64,000 nucleotides of DNA from an uncultured Phycisphaerales bacterium (GTDB lineage: Bacteria; Planctomycetota; Phycisphaerae; Tepidisphaerales; Tepidisphaeraceae), in contig CAWJPJ010000006.1 of assembly GCA_963844715.1 (NCBI GenBank), positions 448,001-512,000 of the forward strand, read 5' to 3'. How positions within the stretch are numbered: position 1 is the stretch's first letter; each line of letters begins with the position of its first letter. Shown one piece after another: positions 23,952-34,675 of this stretch. Below the pieces are notes generated by a model. It searched no databases. It was not told the origin of the DNA and was given only the letters and a program-made list of their open reading frames with translations. A program made the translations under genes and the position numbers.

Positions 23952-26246
23952 ATGCACATTCGCTTTGGCTATTGGCCAACGGCGGCGCTGGCGGTCTGCC
24001 TATGGGCCGCGGAAGCCGCCCTCTCGGCCGAATCCGCGACGCGGATCGACGACTCGCCGCCGCCTATGCCGGCGGTGTTGCCTGCAACAAGGGTGTCCGA
24101 ATTCGCCCCACCGCTCTTGACGCCGATTGTCGCGCCGGTGACTTCGACGCCGATTGTTACGGGGCCGACTCCGACTGTGACGGTATCCGCGCCGGCGACT
24201 CGACCCGCCGGGCCTTCGCAGCAATTGAGCCCGATCGTGGTGACGTCCAATCTCGACACGGCCCGCGATCAGATCGCGCCGAGCCTGGGGGCGGTGACAT
24301 ACACCATCGGCCAGGAGCAAATCGACTCGATTCCGCAGGGTGAGAATGCGCCGTTCCAACAGGTTTTGCTGCAGAATGCCCGGGGTCGTCGCCGACTCAT
24401 TCGGGCAGGAGCACGTTCGCGGAGAGCACGCGAACACCACGTATCGCGTCAACGGCGTGATCCTGCCGGAGCCGTTGAATGGATTCGGGCAGGAGTTGGA
24501 CACATATTTGATCGATTCGACGACGCTAATCGACGGGACGTTGCCGGCGCAATTCGGATTTCGCACGGCGGGGATCATCGACGTGACCACCAAGACCGGA
24601 CAGAGCCTCGATTCCAACGAGCTGTCCGTTTACGGTGGATCGTACGACACGTTTCAGCCGTCGTATGAAGTCGGTGGAACCAGCGGGAAATGGGATTACT
24701 TCTTCAGCGGCTCTTACAAACACAGTGATATCGGGATCGAAAATCCCGCGCCCCACGCAATACGCGATTCACGACGCCACGGATCAGTCGCGATTTTTCG
24801 GATATCTCTCCTACCTCATCGACGACACGAGCCGCCTGAGCTTCATCCTCAACGCGGCGTATTCGACGTTTCAGATTCCGGATACGGCCGATCTTCCGCA
24901 AGTTTATCCCCTGGCCGGAGTTCCGTCATATCCCTCTCAGAACATCAACGAAAACCAGACCGAGCAAACCTATTACTCGGCTGTCTCCTACCAGAAAAGC
25001 AGCGACGAGGGCTCGATCCAGGCCTCGGCATACACCAGTTATAGCCAAATTCATTACACGCCGGACCCCGTGGGCGATCTGATCTTCCTGGGCGCGGCCA
25101 GCAATATTCTCAACGGCTACGCCACGAGTGGATTGCAATTTGACGGCTCTTATAACATCAACGACTACCACACCCTCCTGCGCCGGCGTCATCGCCAACT
25201 ACACGGGCGAAAATCTCGAGACCGGCACGTCCGTCTTTGACGTCAATCCCGCGACCGGCGGCGATTTCCGGATGTGCCGACGGAGATCGACGACACCACG
25301 CGCAATCACGCCACCAGCGCGGGCGTTTATGTCCAGGACGAATGGAAAATCGCCAGGAATGTGACGATCAATTATGGCGGGCGATTCGATGTATTCGAGG
25401 CGAATTTCGACAATGAGAGCCAGTTCAGCCCGCGCGTGAACCTGGTTTGGAAAGTGGACGACAAGACGACGGCGCACATCGGCTATGCGCGGTATTTCGT
25501 GCCGCCGCCAGTGCAGTATGTGCCGCCGAGCACGATCGCCAAGTTTGCCAATACCACCAATGCGCCGAGCAACTTTATCGACGATCCGCCCAAGGTGGAG
25601 CGTTCGAATTATTACGACCTCGGTTTTTCCCGACAGATGAGCAAACAGTGGCTGGTGAACGTGGACGGTTTCTACAAACAGGCGGACCAGCTTGTTGATC
25701 TCGGTCAGTTCGGACAGGCCCTGATTCTCTCGCCATTCAATTACGAAAAGGGATTCGACTACGGCCCGGAAGTGAGCACGACTTACAAACTCGACAATTT
25801 CTCCACCTTCGGAAATTTCGCGTGGGTTCAGACCGGCGGGCGAAATATCGATTCCCAGCAGTTCCTGATCGACAGCGACGAACTGGCTTACATTCAAGAC
25901 CACTACATCAAGCTCGACCACGAATCGGCGTACACCATGTCCGCAGGCGTTTCGTACAACGTGAGCAACTACGATCTGGTCTATATCGACGCGCTCTACG
26001 GCTCGGGCCTTCGCTCCGGTTTTGCCAACCTCGACCACACCGAGCCTTACTACCCCGTCAATCTCGGCTATCAGCACGTTTTTAGAATCAGCGGGTCGGC
26101 AAATCAATCGGTCACCGCGCGAATCGATATCGTGAATGTCTTTGATCAGGTCTATCAACTCCGCAACGGGAGCGGGGTTGGCGTCGGGCGCCCCTCAATA
26201 CGGGCAGCGGCGCGGAGTTTACGTGGGCTTGGCCTACGAGTTTTGA
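23952..26246 (+). CDS. TonB-dependent outer-membrane receptor (several frameshifts)
   Basis: Signal peptide, plug HVRGEHANTTYRVNGV, GVYVQDEWK, GGRFD, FSPRVNL, VNVFD, C-terminal AYEF*. Confidence 0.88.
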
Positions 26247-26263
26247 TTTTCACAAGGCAGGAC

Positions 26264-26906
26264 GTGGCTGGCGACGAAGATGAAACCCCGGATGACGAGG
26301 AGATCGGTTTGGTCCCGATCTTCACGATGGTTCTATGGCTGACCTGCGTGGCGGTTTTTTTGGTCGGGGTGATGTTTGACGAGCCGCCCCCGGCACCGGC
26401 GACGCGGCCGACCACGACAACTCCGGTCGAGTTGCTCTCCGTGGACCTGTCGAACGAGCCCGAGCCGAGCCGGGATTTTCGGGCGCTCGTCGCGAGTTTA
26501 CCGCGGCACCGGAAGCACCGGTGATACCGGCCAGGCCCGCCGAGCCGGTGGCGGCGGAGCCCGTCGAGGCAGAGCCGGCCTTTTTGGATTTACAAACGCT
26601 CACGCCGATGCGGCTCGTTCGCGGCCACGGCCTCGGTGCGTTTGACGTTCGGCTATGGCGAGGGCCGCCAGCCGGGGCCGGAATATCCGCGCGATGCCGC
26701 CTTGGCGGGCGAGGAGGGAACTGTTGTCGCGCGTTTTGAAGTGGATGAGAGTGGGCGAGTGGGTGAAGCGGAGGCGGTCGTTCCTTGTCCGTGGCCGGAG
26801 TTGAATCAATCGGTGCTGCGACACGATCCGGCACGATTGGCGATTCTCACCGGGGCCGCCCCGGTCTTATGAAGTCTCGATCGAGTTTCGAATCAATCGG
26901 CATTGA
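26264..26906 (+). CDS. tonB: TonB energy transducer (frameshifted)
   Basis: N-terminal TM, Pro-rich linker, [10 protein letters not shown]...[17 protein letters not shown]. Confidence 0.75.
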
Positions 26907-26923
26907 GCCGTGTGGAGTGTGAT

Positions 26924-27596
26924 ATGCACGCTGTAATGGCAAACGTGGTCATGGAATATTTCGATCGCGGCGGGCCGATGATGTGGCCCATTTTGGTGGT
27001 GATGCTCTTCGCCCTCACAGTGATCATCGAGCGGTCGCTGTGGTGGCGGTCCCTGAGCCAGCGCACCCGATCGAAGCAACTGGAAAAGAGCTTTGAGGCG
27101 ATCGCTTCCGGCGATTTTCCGCAGGCGGTGGAATTGGCGACCGGCAGTCCCGATCCGCGATTGCGGACTATTCGCGAGGGACTTTTGCATGCGCACAGTT
27201 CGCTTCTGGGGGCCATGCAGATTCGCGCCGCCGACGAACTGGAGAAGGGGGAGAAGCATCAGTGGGTGCTGGGAACGCTAATCACGCTAGCCCCCCTGCT
27301 CGGCCTGCTGGGAACGGTCACCGGGATCATGCGCAGCTTCAATTTTGTCGGCGAGGAGGATCTCGCCCCGACCAAAGTCAGCGGCGGGATCGCCGAAGCG
27401 CTGATCGCCACCGCCTGCGGTCTGGCGATCGCCATCTGCTGTTTGCTTCCTTACAACTATTTCAATCGCAAGTTGGCGCAATTTCGCCGCGCAATTGGAG
27501 CGGACCATTAACCACGTGGAACTGCTGGCACAATCGGCCAAACAGCATGGGCATGACCTGGAAGAATTCTCGCGCCGCCGGGCACTTGGCCGATAA
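26924..27596 (+). CDS. exbB: MotA/TolQ/ExbB proton channel (frameshift near 3' end)
   Basis: [34 protein letters not shown]. Confidence 0.9.
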
Positions 27597-27610
27597 AAAG
27601 GAGATGTCTT

Positions 27611-28051
27611 ATGCCGGTCAAATTGAATTCCAAGCTTCCCGCCGACAATGCCGAGGCGCGGATCGAGATCATCCCGCTGATCGACATTATGTTTTTTCTT
27701 CTGGCGTCGTTTATGCTGGTGAGCCTTAGCATGGTGAATCTTAAGAGCATCCGGGTTAATCTGCCGACGGCCTCATCCGCTGCGACCACTACGGAACAAC
27801 GGCGGGACCTGGTTGATCTTTCGGTGGATCGCGCCGGGGAGATGTTTTTGGACAAGAAGCCCCTCGATGACCAGGAACTGGTGGCGGCGCTTTCCGAAGA
27901 AATGGCCGGCAATCCGCGGCTCCGGGTGCTGATCAGCGGTGACCGCGACGCCCGGCACGGGGACGTGATCCATGCCCTGGACCTTGTCCGCTCGGCCGGC
28001 ATTGATAAAGTGGCCTTCGAAATACACGACGCGCGAAAGGCGGGTTCATGA
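27611..28051 (+). CDS. exbD: Biopolymer transport protein ExbD
   Basis: IEIIPLIDIMFFLL, VNLP, ISGDRDARHG. Confidence 0.92.
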   Translation: MPVKLNSKLPADNAEARIEIIPLIDIMFFLLASFMLVSLSMVNLKSIRVNLPTASSAATTTEQRRDLVDLSVDRAGEMFLDKKPLDDQELVAALSEEMAGNPRLRVLISGDRDARHGDVIHALDLVRSAGIDKVAFEIHDARKAGS

Positions 28052-28551
28052 CCAAGTCGATTCTGTATTTGAATCTTTTGGGGATTCTGGTTCTGGCAAT
28101 CGTCGTTTACGTTCAATCGAAGACGAACCAGCAACAGCACCAGGTCATCGATCAGCTCAATATCAACCTGGGGCAAAGCCATTCGACGATTGACGACCGC
28201 GACAAATCCCTCCGCGACGATCAACAGCAGATTGACGATCTGCGGCTGAAGCTCGACCAGGCGACCAAGGCGCTGGCGGATAAGTCCACCGACTTCCAGA
28301 AGCTGGCGGATGAGCGGGACCAGATTGAGGCCGAGTCGCAAAAATGGCAGGCGGCGGTATCGGAGCGGGATGACGCTTTGCAGAAGGCCAATGCGAACAT
28401 TCAGGCCGACAACGCGGCAATCACCAGCCTAAAATCGGACCGCGACGATGCGATTTCAAAGTACAACGACCTGGCCAAGCAGTTCAATGATTTGACGAAT
28501 CAGCTCAATACCCTGAGGGCGACAACGAGGCAGGCGGCGGGGTCTTCGTAG
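28048..28551 (+). CDS. Membrane-anchored coiled-coil protein
   Basis: N-terminal TM then Q/D/N-rich heptads; ATGA overlap with exbD. Confidence 0.75.
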   Translation: MTKSILYLNLLGILVLAIVVYVQSKTNQQQHQVIDQLNINLGQSHSTIDDRDKSLRDDQQQIDDLRLKLDQATKALADKSTDFQKLADERDQIEAESQKWQAAVSERDDALQKANANIQADNAAITSLKSDRDDAISKYNDLAKQFNDLTNQLNTLRATTRQAAGSS

Positions 28552-28563
28552 CAGGGGTTCCCC

Positions 28564-29892
28564 TTATCGGCGCGGGCCGACGGGGTGGAAAAGCTCCAGC
28601 GGCAGTTTGAAACCGGCGGCTTCGATTCGGGGCAGGAAGCGGGGCCTGAGGCCGCAGGCGTGAAGCTGCCCTTTGATTTTTCCCTCGGAATCGATGCCTT
28701 CTTCAACGAATTTGAAGAGTTCCTGAAGGATGACTTTGTCCCCTTCCATGCCGCCCATTTCGGTGATGCTGACGACGCGCCGCGACCCGTCGCGCAGACG
28801 GGATTGCTGCACGATCAGATGGATCGCCGAGGCGATCTGCTCGCGGACGACGCGGATGGGGAAGTCGATCCCGCCCATCAGGGCAAGCGTTTCCATTCTG
28901 CTGATGACGTCGCGGGCGGTATTGGCGTGGAGGGTGGTGAGGGAGCCGTCGTGGCCGGTGTTCATGGCCTGAAGCATGTCGAGGCAGTCGCCGCCGCGGC
29001 ACTCGCCGACGATGATCCGCTCCGGCCGCATGCGCAATGAATTTCGCACCAGTTGACGGATGGTCACTTCGCCTTTGCCGTCCGGCTTGGCGCGCTTGGC
29101 TTCGAGTGTGATGACGTGATCCTGGGCCAGCTTCAGTTCCGCGGCGTCTTCGATCGTGACAATTCGCTCTTCGGACGGGATGAAGCTGGATAGTACGTTG
29201 AGCAAGGTCGTTTTGCCCGACCCGGTGCCTCCGGCGACGACGATGTTGAGGCGCGCCAGGACTGAGGCTCGCAAAAATTCCGCGATGGGCTGCGTGAATG
29301 ATCCCAGCCGGACCAGATCGTCGGCGCTGAGCAGGCCCTTGCCGAATTTTCGGATGGTGATGCACGGCCCCGCCACGGAGACGGGGGGAATGACCGCGTT
29401 GACGCGCGACCCGTCAGGAAGGCGCGCGTCGATGAGGGGATCGTTTTCGTCCATGTGCAGGCCGAGCGGAAGGATGATCCGATCGATAATGCGGCGGACG
29501 TGGACGTCGTCCTCGAAGACGACGTCGGTCAGGACCGACTTGCCCCGGCGCTCGACATAGACGCGATCGGCGCGATTGACCATCACTTCGGTCACCGAGG
29601 GATCGTCGAGCAGCGGCTGGATGGGCCCGAAGCCGACCAGTTCGTCGAGCACTTGCTTGTGGATTTCTTCGCGCAGGCCGGCGGGAAGGCGGCCCGCGAC
29701 GGTGTCGGTTTCCTCGCGGGCTCGCAATTCGATTTCGGTTCGGGCGGCGGGGTCGTCTCGCCGCTGTAGAAGATCGGCGTGATCGGCTGTGAGGCGGCCG
29801 ATAATCTGCCACTTCAACGATCGCGATTCCACGGACTGGGCACTCCCCGCGACTGCTTCGGGGGCACTTTTGGCGATTACGGCGCTAGACAT
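28564..29892 (-). CDS. cpaF: CpaF/TadA family pilus assembly ATPase
   Basis: DARLPDGSRVN, GGTGSGKTT, TIEDAAEL, RMRPERIIVGECRG, AMNTGHDG. Confidence 0.92.
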   Translation of the reverse strand: MSSAVIAKSAPEAVAGSAQSVESRSLKWQIIGRLTADHADLLQRRDDPAARTEIELRAREETDTVAGRLPAGLREEIHKQVLDELVGFGPIQPLLDDPSVTEVMVNRADRVYVERRGKSVLTDVVFEDDVHVRRIIDRIILPLGLHMDENDPLIDARLPDGSRVNAVIPPVSVAGPCITIRKFGKGLLSADDLVRLGSFTQPIAEFLRASVLARLNIVVAGGTGSGKTTLLNVLSSFIPSEERIVTIEDAAELKLAQDHVITLEAKRAKPDGKGEVTIRQLVRNSLRMRPERIIVGECRGGDCLDMLQAMNTGHDGSLTTLHANTARDVISRMETLALMGGIDFPIRVVREQIASAIHLIVQQSRLRDGSRRVVSITEMGGMEGDKVILQELFKFVEEGIDSEGKIKGQLHACGLRPRFLPRIEAAGFKLPLELFHPVGPRR

Positions 29893-29901
29893 CAACCTGA
29901 A

Positions 29902-30646
29902 CTATCGGCAAGTTGTCGGGGAGGGTTTTGCCTTAACAATAGCGGACTTCGCCGTTTGAACGAGCAGTTCAAATGGAGCCAGGTGCTCCGGCTCACCAAG
30001 GAGCCGCTCCGGATGCCATTGAACAGCCCCAAATAGCGGAAATGACGGGTCCTCGAACCCCTCAATAACGCCATCCGGCGCGGTGGCGATAACCTTGAGT
30101 CCACGCCCCAATTTGTCAACAGATTGCTTGTGATACGTATTGACCGATATTTCTGGCTTGCCGATGGCTGCTCCCAATTGCGAGGAAGTATCCAGGGCAA
30201 CGGGGTGACGCAGCAGGTTTTCGTCCATCTTGCGATGTTCCAGCGATTGCCCGCGCGCCAGGTCCGGCAGGAATTGATGCAAACTGCCGCCCCGATAAAC
30301 ATTCATCAGTTGCGACCCCAGGCAGATTCCCAGGGCGGGCAAGCGACGCTTTTCCACCTCGGCCAAGAGGGCTAATTCAAACTTCTGCCGCGCGGGATCG
30401 ATGGGAACGGCCTTCGGATGCCGGGCTTGTCCGAAGACGCGCCGGATCGAGATCGTCGCCGCCTGTGAACAGAATTCCGTCGAGCAGATCGACGTAGGCG
30501 GGGATCAGAGCGAGATCGGATTGATACGGAAGCAGCACGGGCAACCCCCCCGCCAACTCCACGCCCTTGGAATAATCGGCGGGAGATTCGTATTTGCCGG
30601 CTTCGCTGTGCTGGTCGATCGTGATGCCGATCACCGGTCGCGACAC
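29902..30646 (-). CDS. Peptidase C26/PuuD-like glutamine amidotransferase (frameshifted)
   Basis: RPVIGIT, GILFTGGDDLDP, LGICLGSQLMNV, VNTYHKQ, AVQWHPE. Confidence 0.88.
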
Positions 30647-30647
30647 G

Positions 30648-32505
30648 TTACGCCTCCAACAATTCCACCGGCTTTTTCCGCCCGGCGCGCTTTCGCTCGT
30701 TCTCGGTGAGGAGATCTTTGCGGAGGCGTATGCTGGTCGGCGTGGCCTCGACGAGTTCGTCTTCCTCGATGTATTCCAGGGCCTGCTCGAGGGTCATCTT
30801 TCGCGCGGGCTTGAGAATGATGTTCTCGTCGCTCGACGTGGTGCGCATGTTGGAGAGTTTTTTCGCCTTGGTAGGATTCACGACGATGTCGTCCTCGCGG
30901 CAATGCTCGCCGACGACCTGCCCCTGATAGACGGGCTCGCCCGGCTCGACGAAAAGCACGCCGCGGTCCTGGAGGGTGTTGAGGGCGTAGGCGTTCACAT
31001 TGGCGGCGATATTGGAAATCATCACGCCGTTGACGCGGGCGGGAACGTCCCCGCGCAAGGCGGAATATTCATGGAAATTGTGATGCATGACGGCTTCGCC
31101 CTGCGTGGCGGTGAGCATTCGGGTCCGCAGGCCGATCAATCCGCGGGCGGGAATCGTAAATTCCAGATGCGTATGTCCGTCGCGGGTGTCCATGCGGACC
31201 AGTTCGCCGCGGCGATTGCCGACCAGTTCCATCACGGCGCCCAGATTCTTCTCCGGGACGTCGACGACGAGATATTCGATCGGCTCCTGCACCGTACCGT
31301 CTTCCAGTTTCTTCACGATGACGTGCGGCTTGCTGATGGAAAGCTCGTACCCCTCACGCCGCATGTTTTCGATGAGGATGCCCAGATGCAACAGCCCGCG
31401 TCCCGAGACTTTGAGGGCATCTTTGTTCTCGGTCTCCTCGACCTTCAGGGCGACGTTGCTCTCCAGTTCCTTCATCAGCCGCTCGCGAAGATTTCGGCTG
31501 GTGACGTACTTGCCTTCTTTGCCGGCGAAGGGGGAATCGTTGACGCTGAACATCATGGTCAGCGTTGGCGGCTCGATCTCGGCGGCCTCGAGGGGCTGCG
31601 GATCGACCGGATCGCAGACGCTGTCCGCGATGTCAACGGTTTCCAATCCCACCAGCGCCACGATGTCGCCGGCCTCGGCGTCATCCACGTTCTTGCGGCC
31701 CAGCCCGTCAAAGACCTGGACCTGCTGAACCTTGGACTTGATGCGCGTTCCGTCGCGGCGGACCACGGTGATCTGCTGGCCGGACTTGATCACGCCGTTG
31801 TGAATGCGCCCGACGCCGATGCGCCCGACGTAGTCGTTGTATTGGATGCTGCTGATCTGAATTTGCAGAGATTTTTCCGGGATCGCCATGCGGCGCGGGA
31901 ACGTGCTTCAGAAGCGCCTCGAAAACCGGGCGGATGTCCGTGCCGGGCTCCTCCAATTTCCAGGAAGCCGTACCGGCTCGCCCGCTGGCGTAGAGAACCG
32001 GGAAATCGAGCGTCTCCTCATCAGCGCCCAGTTCCACGAACAGATCGAATACTTCGTCCAGAACCGCATAGGCCCGCGCATCCGGGCGGTCGATCTTGTT
32101 GATCACCACGATGGGCCGAAGCTCATGCTGAAACGCCTTCTTCAGGACGAAGCGGGTCTGCGGCATCGGTCCCTCGGCGGCATCGACGAGCAGGAACACC
32201 CCGTCGGCCATGCCCAGGACGCGCTCGACTTCCCCGCCGAAATCGGCGTGGCCGGGGGTGTCGATCAGATTGATCTTCGTCATTACGCCATCGGGGGCGG
32301 TAAATTGGATCGCCACGTTCTTGGCCAGGATGGTGATTCCCCGCTCGCGCTCGAGGGGATTGCTATCGAGGAGCGTGTCCTGCTGGACCTGACTTTGGCG
32401 AAAATTGCCGCTTTGGCGCAGCAGCGCGTCGACCAGCGTCGTTTTGCCATGGTCGACGTGGGCGATGATTGCGACGTTGCGGATGTTGTTACGCACTCTG
32501 TTCAT
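30648..32505 (-). CDS. typA: Translational GTPase TypA/BipA (frameshift near 31885)
   Basis: [48 protein letters not shown]. Confidence 0.96.
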
Positions 32506-32533
32506 TTTATCCGTTCAACCCATTCTAGGCGTA

Positions 32534-32810
32534 AGAGCCCGCCCCATTTTTCTGCAACGTCTGCGTCGCCGCCTTTTGCGACACAGGCTAGGCACGGCGA
32601 CGAGTCGTATCAAGTGAAGCGATACGGCGAGGAGCCGTAACGACGCATGGGTCGCAAAAGGCGGCGACCCGGAGGGTTGCGTCCAAACGGGCCGTTCGCG
32701 TCGTTATCGCTCCTTGCCGGGTCGCTTCACCTGACCCAACTCGTCGCTCTGCCTCACGCCCGGCCCGTTTGGACGCAACGCAGACGTTGCAGAAAAACGG
32801 GGCAGGCTCT
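32534..32810. repeat. Inverted doublet of a structured ~105-nt unit enclosed by a ~36 bp terminal inverted repeat (MITE/structured RNA-like)
   Basis: agagcccgccccatttttctgcaacgtctgcgtcgc / gcaacgcagacgttgcagaaaaacggggcaggctct; units at 32565-32668 and 32676-32779. Confidence 0.85.
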
Positions 32811-32860
32811 CGGGGGCGGGTAAGATACTGAACCACGATTGGTTACACAACGGAGGTACT

Positions 32861-33244
32861 ATGAAGAATCGGCTGTTTTTGTGTTTTTTCGCCATGATTG
32901 GCGTTGGCGCGATGATAACGGGCCTGTGCGCGGACGAATCGACTCCGGCGCTTCCCGTTAATTTGCAGGATCGGGCCACGCAAACATGGCTGCTGGAGCA
33001 AACCGCCTCGATCGCCAAGGACCCCGAGACCTCGGCGGTTTGGGCGGTCGATCAAGCTGCCGACATGCTCAAAGGCCAGCCCGCGCAAACGGCGGTCGAT
33101 TATTTCCAGGGAATGCTCTATCAGGTCAAGAACCACTCCGTCCAGCGCGCCATTCGCTTCCAACTGGTTTCGCTCTACCGGAGCATGGATCGGCAAGACA
33201 AGGCGACCGAGCAGCTTAATGAACTGATGTCCGAACCTGAATGA
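32861..33244 (+). CDS. Secreted hypothetical helical protein
   Basis: GGAGG RBS, signal peptide, 127 aa. Confidence 0.7.
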   Translation: MKNRLFLCFFAMIGVGAMITGLCADESTPALPVNLQDRATQTWLLEQTASIAKDPETSAVWAVDQAADMLKGQPAQTAVDYFQGMLYQVKNHSVQRAIRFQLVSLYRSMDRQDKATEQLNELMSEPE

Positions 33245-33253
33245 ATGGGAGAT

Positions 33254-34538
33254 TTACTGTGGCACTTGCAAAGACAAGCCGCGAAGCGTCGCTTCGTCCT
33301 GGTAGTTAAACGTCCATCGACCCGGCCAATCGCGATGAAGGACGGCGCAGTGTCTTGGCGGTTCCGCCGCTGGTGACGACACGATGTGAAATCGGCACGC
33401 CTCGGGTCTGAAGCAATTTCAATCTTTCGGCGCTCGCCTTGGCCAGGGCGTCGATGACGGCGACCAGCATCTCCTGACGAGTCGTCGCCAGGGTGAGATT
33501 TTCGAACGCCGCCGGTTTGGGCTCGATGCTGAGGCGATCACCCGCCAGATAGGGCTCAAACCGGCAGTCGACGGGTTTGTGACGGGCCAGTTTTTTCACC
33601 AGCCGATAGAATTCGCCTTCGTCCAATTCAGAAAACAATTGGCATCGCATCCATTCGAGGGACGATCCGGCCGCGGCGATGGTGCCGACGGAGAGCCACA
33701 TCCGGCCGACGCCGAGCGCTCGGGTCAGCAGCAGCGGGTGCGGACGCGGGCGGTCTGTACAGAGGGCCAGGACATCGGTCGATCCGCTGACGTTCAGCAA
33801 CCGACCCGGCTCGGCGCCGGCGAGGACGATCGCGCCGGTCGTATCAATCCACCCTGCCATGACGGGCATCCCGATTGGCAAGCCGATCTGGGCCGTTAAG
33901 CGCCCGCCGATTTGATTGGATTCGAGAATTTCCGGTAGCTGGCGGATCCGAATCCCTGCGGCGTCGCATAGTTCACGGCTCCAGCCGCCCAATTTCAGAG
34001 TCTCATACAAGCCCATAAACGACGCGTTGGATCGATCCACTACGCGCTCGCGGGTGAGTTTCCAATGTAAAAACGTATTGAGATGGCCCACCAAATCGGC
34101 CTTGCGTAGAATTTCCGGGTGATGAGCCGCGAACCAGGCCGCCGTGCTCGAACTGATCCCACCCGGAAATGGGCGCGTGCCGGCAATCGCGAGATATTCC
34201 TCGCGGCCTACTCGACGTTCCAACTCGGCAGCCTCGGTGACGCTGCGGCGATCCTGATGGGTGATGATCGGCGTCAGCGGCTTGCCGCGCCGGTCCATCG
34301 CGACCCAGGCGGGCGACATGACCGAAAGCGCGACCGCATCCGCTCGTCGCGCTCGCGGGCCTAAATCCCTAATTGCCCTGACGATCGCGCGGAGAATCTT
34401 GGCAGGATCCACTTCGGCTCGTGTTCCATCGAAATGCGTGGGGTAGCTTGCGCGAGCCATTGCGCCGACGATTTTGCCCTCGCGCAATAAAGCGGATTTG
34501 AGAGATGACGACCCGAGGTCGAGACCGAGGATGAGCAT
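33254..34538 (-). CDS. FGGY-family carbohydrate kinase (xylulokinase/gluconokinase-like), frameshift near 3' end
   Basis: ILGLDLGSSSLK, IITHQDRR, DRSNAS, PYLAGDR, SGG. Confidence 0.87.
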
Positions 34539-34560
34539 GCGAGGGGGAAGCGTATTTACG

Positions 34561-34648
34561 TTCGCACGGCGTGCTACGCACGCCCGCTAAATAGGCGCGA
34601 TGGCGCTTGCAATTCTATTTAGCGGGCGTGCGCAGCACGCCGTGCGAA
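34561..34648. repeat. REPIN-like doublet: 34 bp inverted repeat, each arm itself palindromic
   Basis: ttcgcacggcgtgctacgcacgcccgctaaatag / ctatttagcgggcgtgcgcagcacgccgtgcgaa, one mismatch. Confidence 0.85.
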
Positions 34649-34675
34649 TACCGAACCGCGCCCATTCGCGCGCAA

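Noticed and set aside
25274..26524. Receptor-TonB fusion ORF
   Set aside because: The receptor's terminal AYEF* lies in another frame at 26246; artefact of an indel
33278..33300. Hairpin cgaagcg-t-cgcttcg as terminator or REP
   Set aside because: Falls within the frameshifted 3' coding end of the FGGY kinase (DEATLRG)
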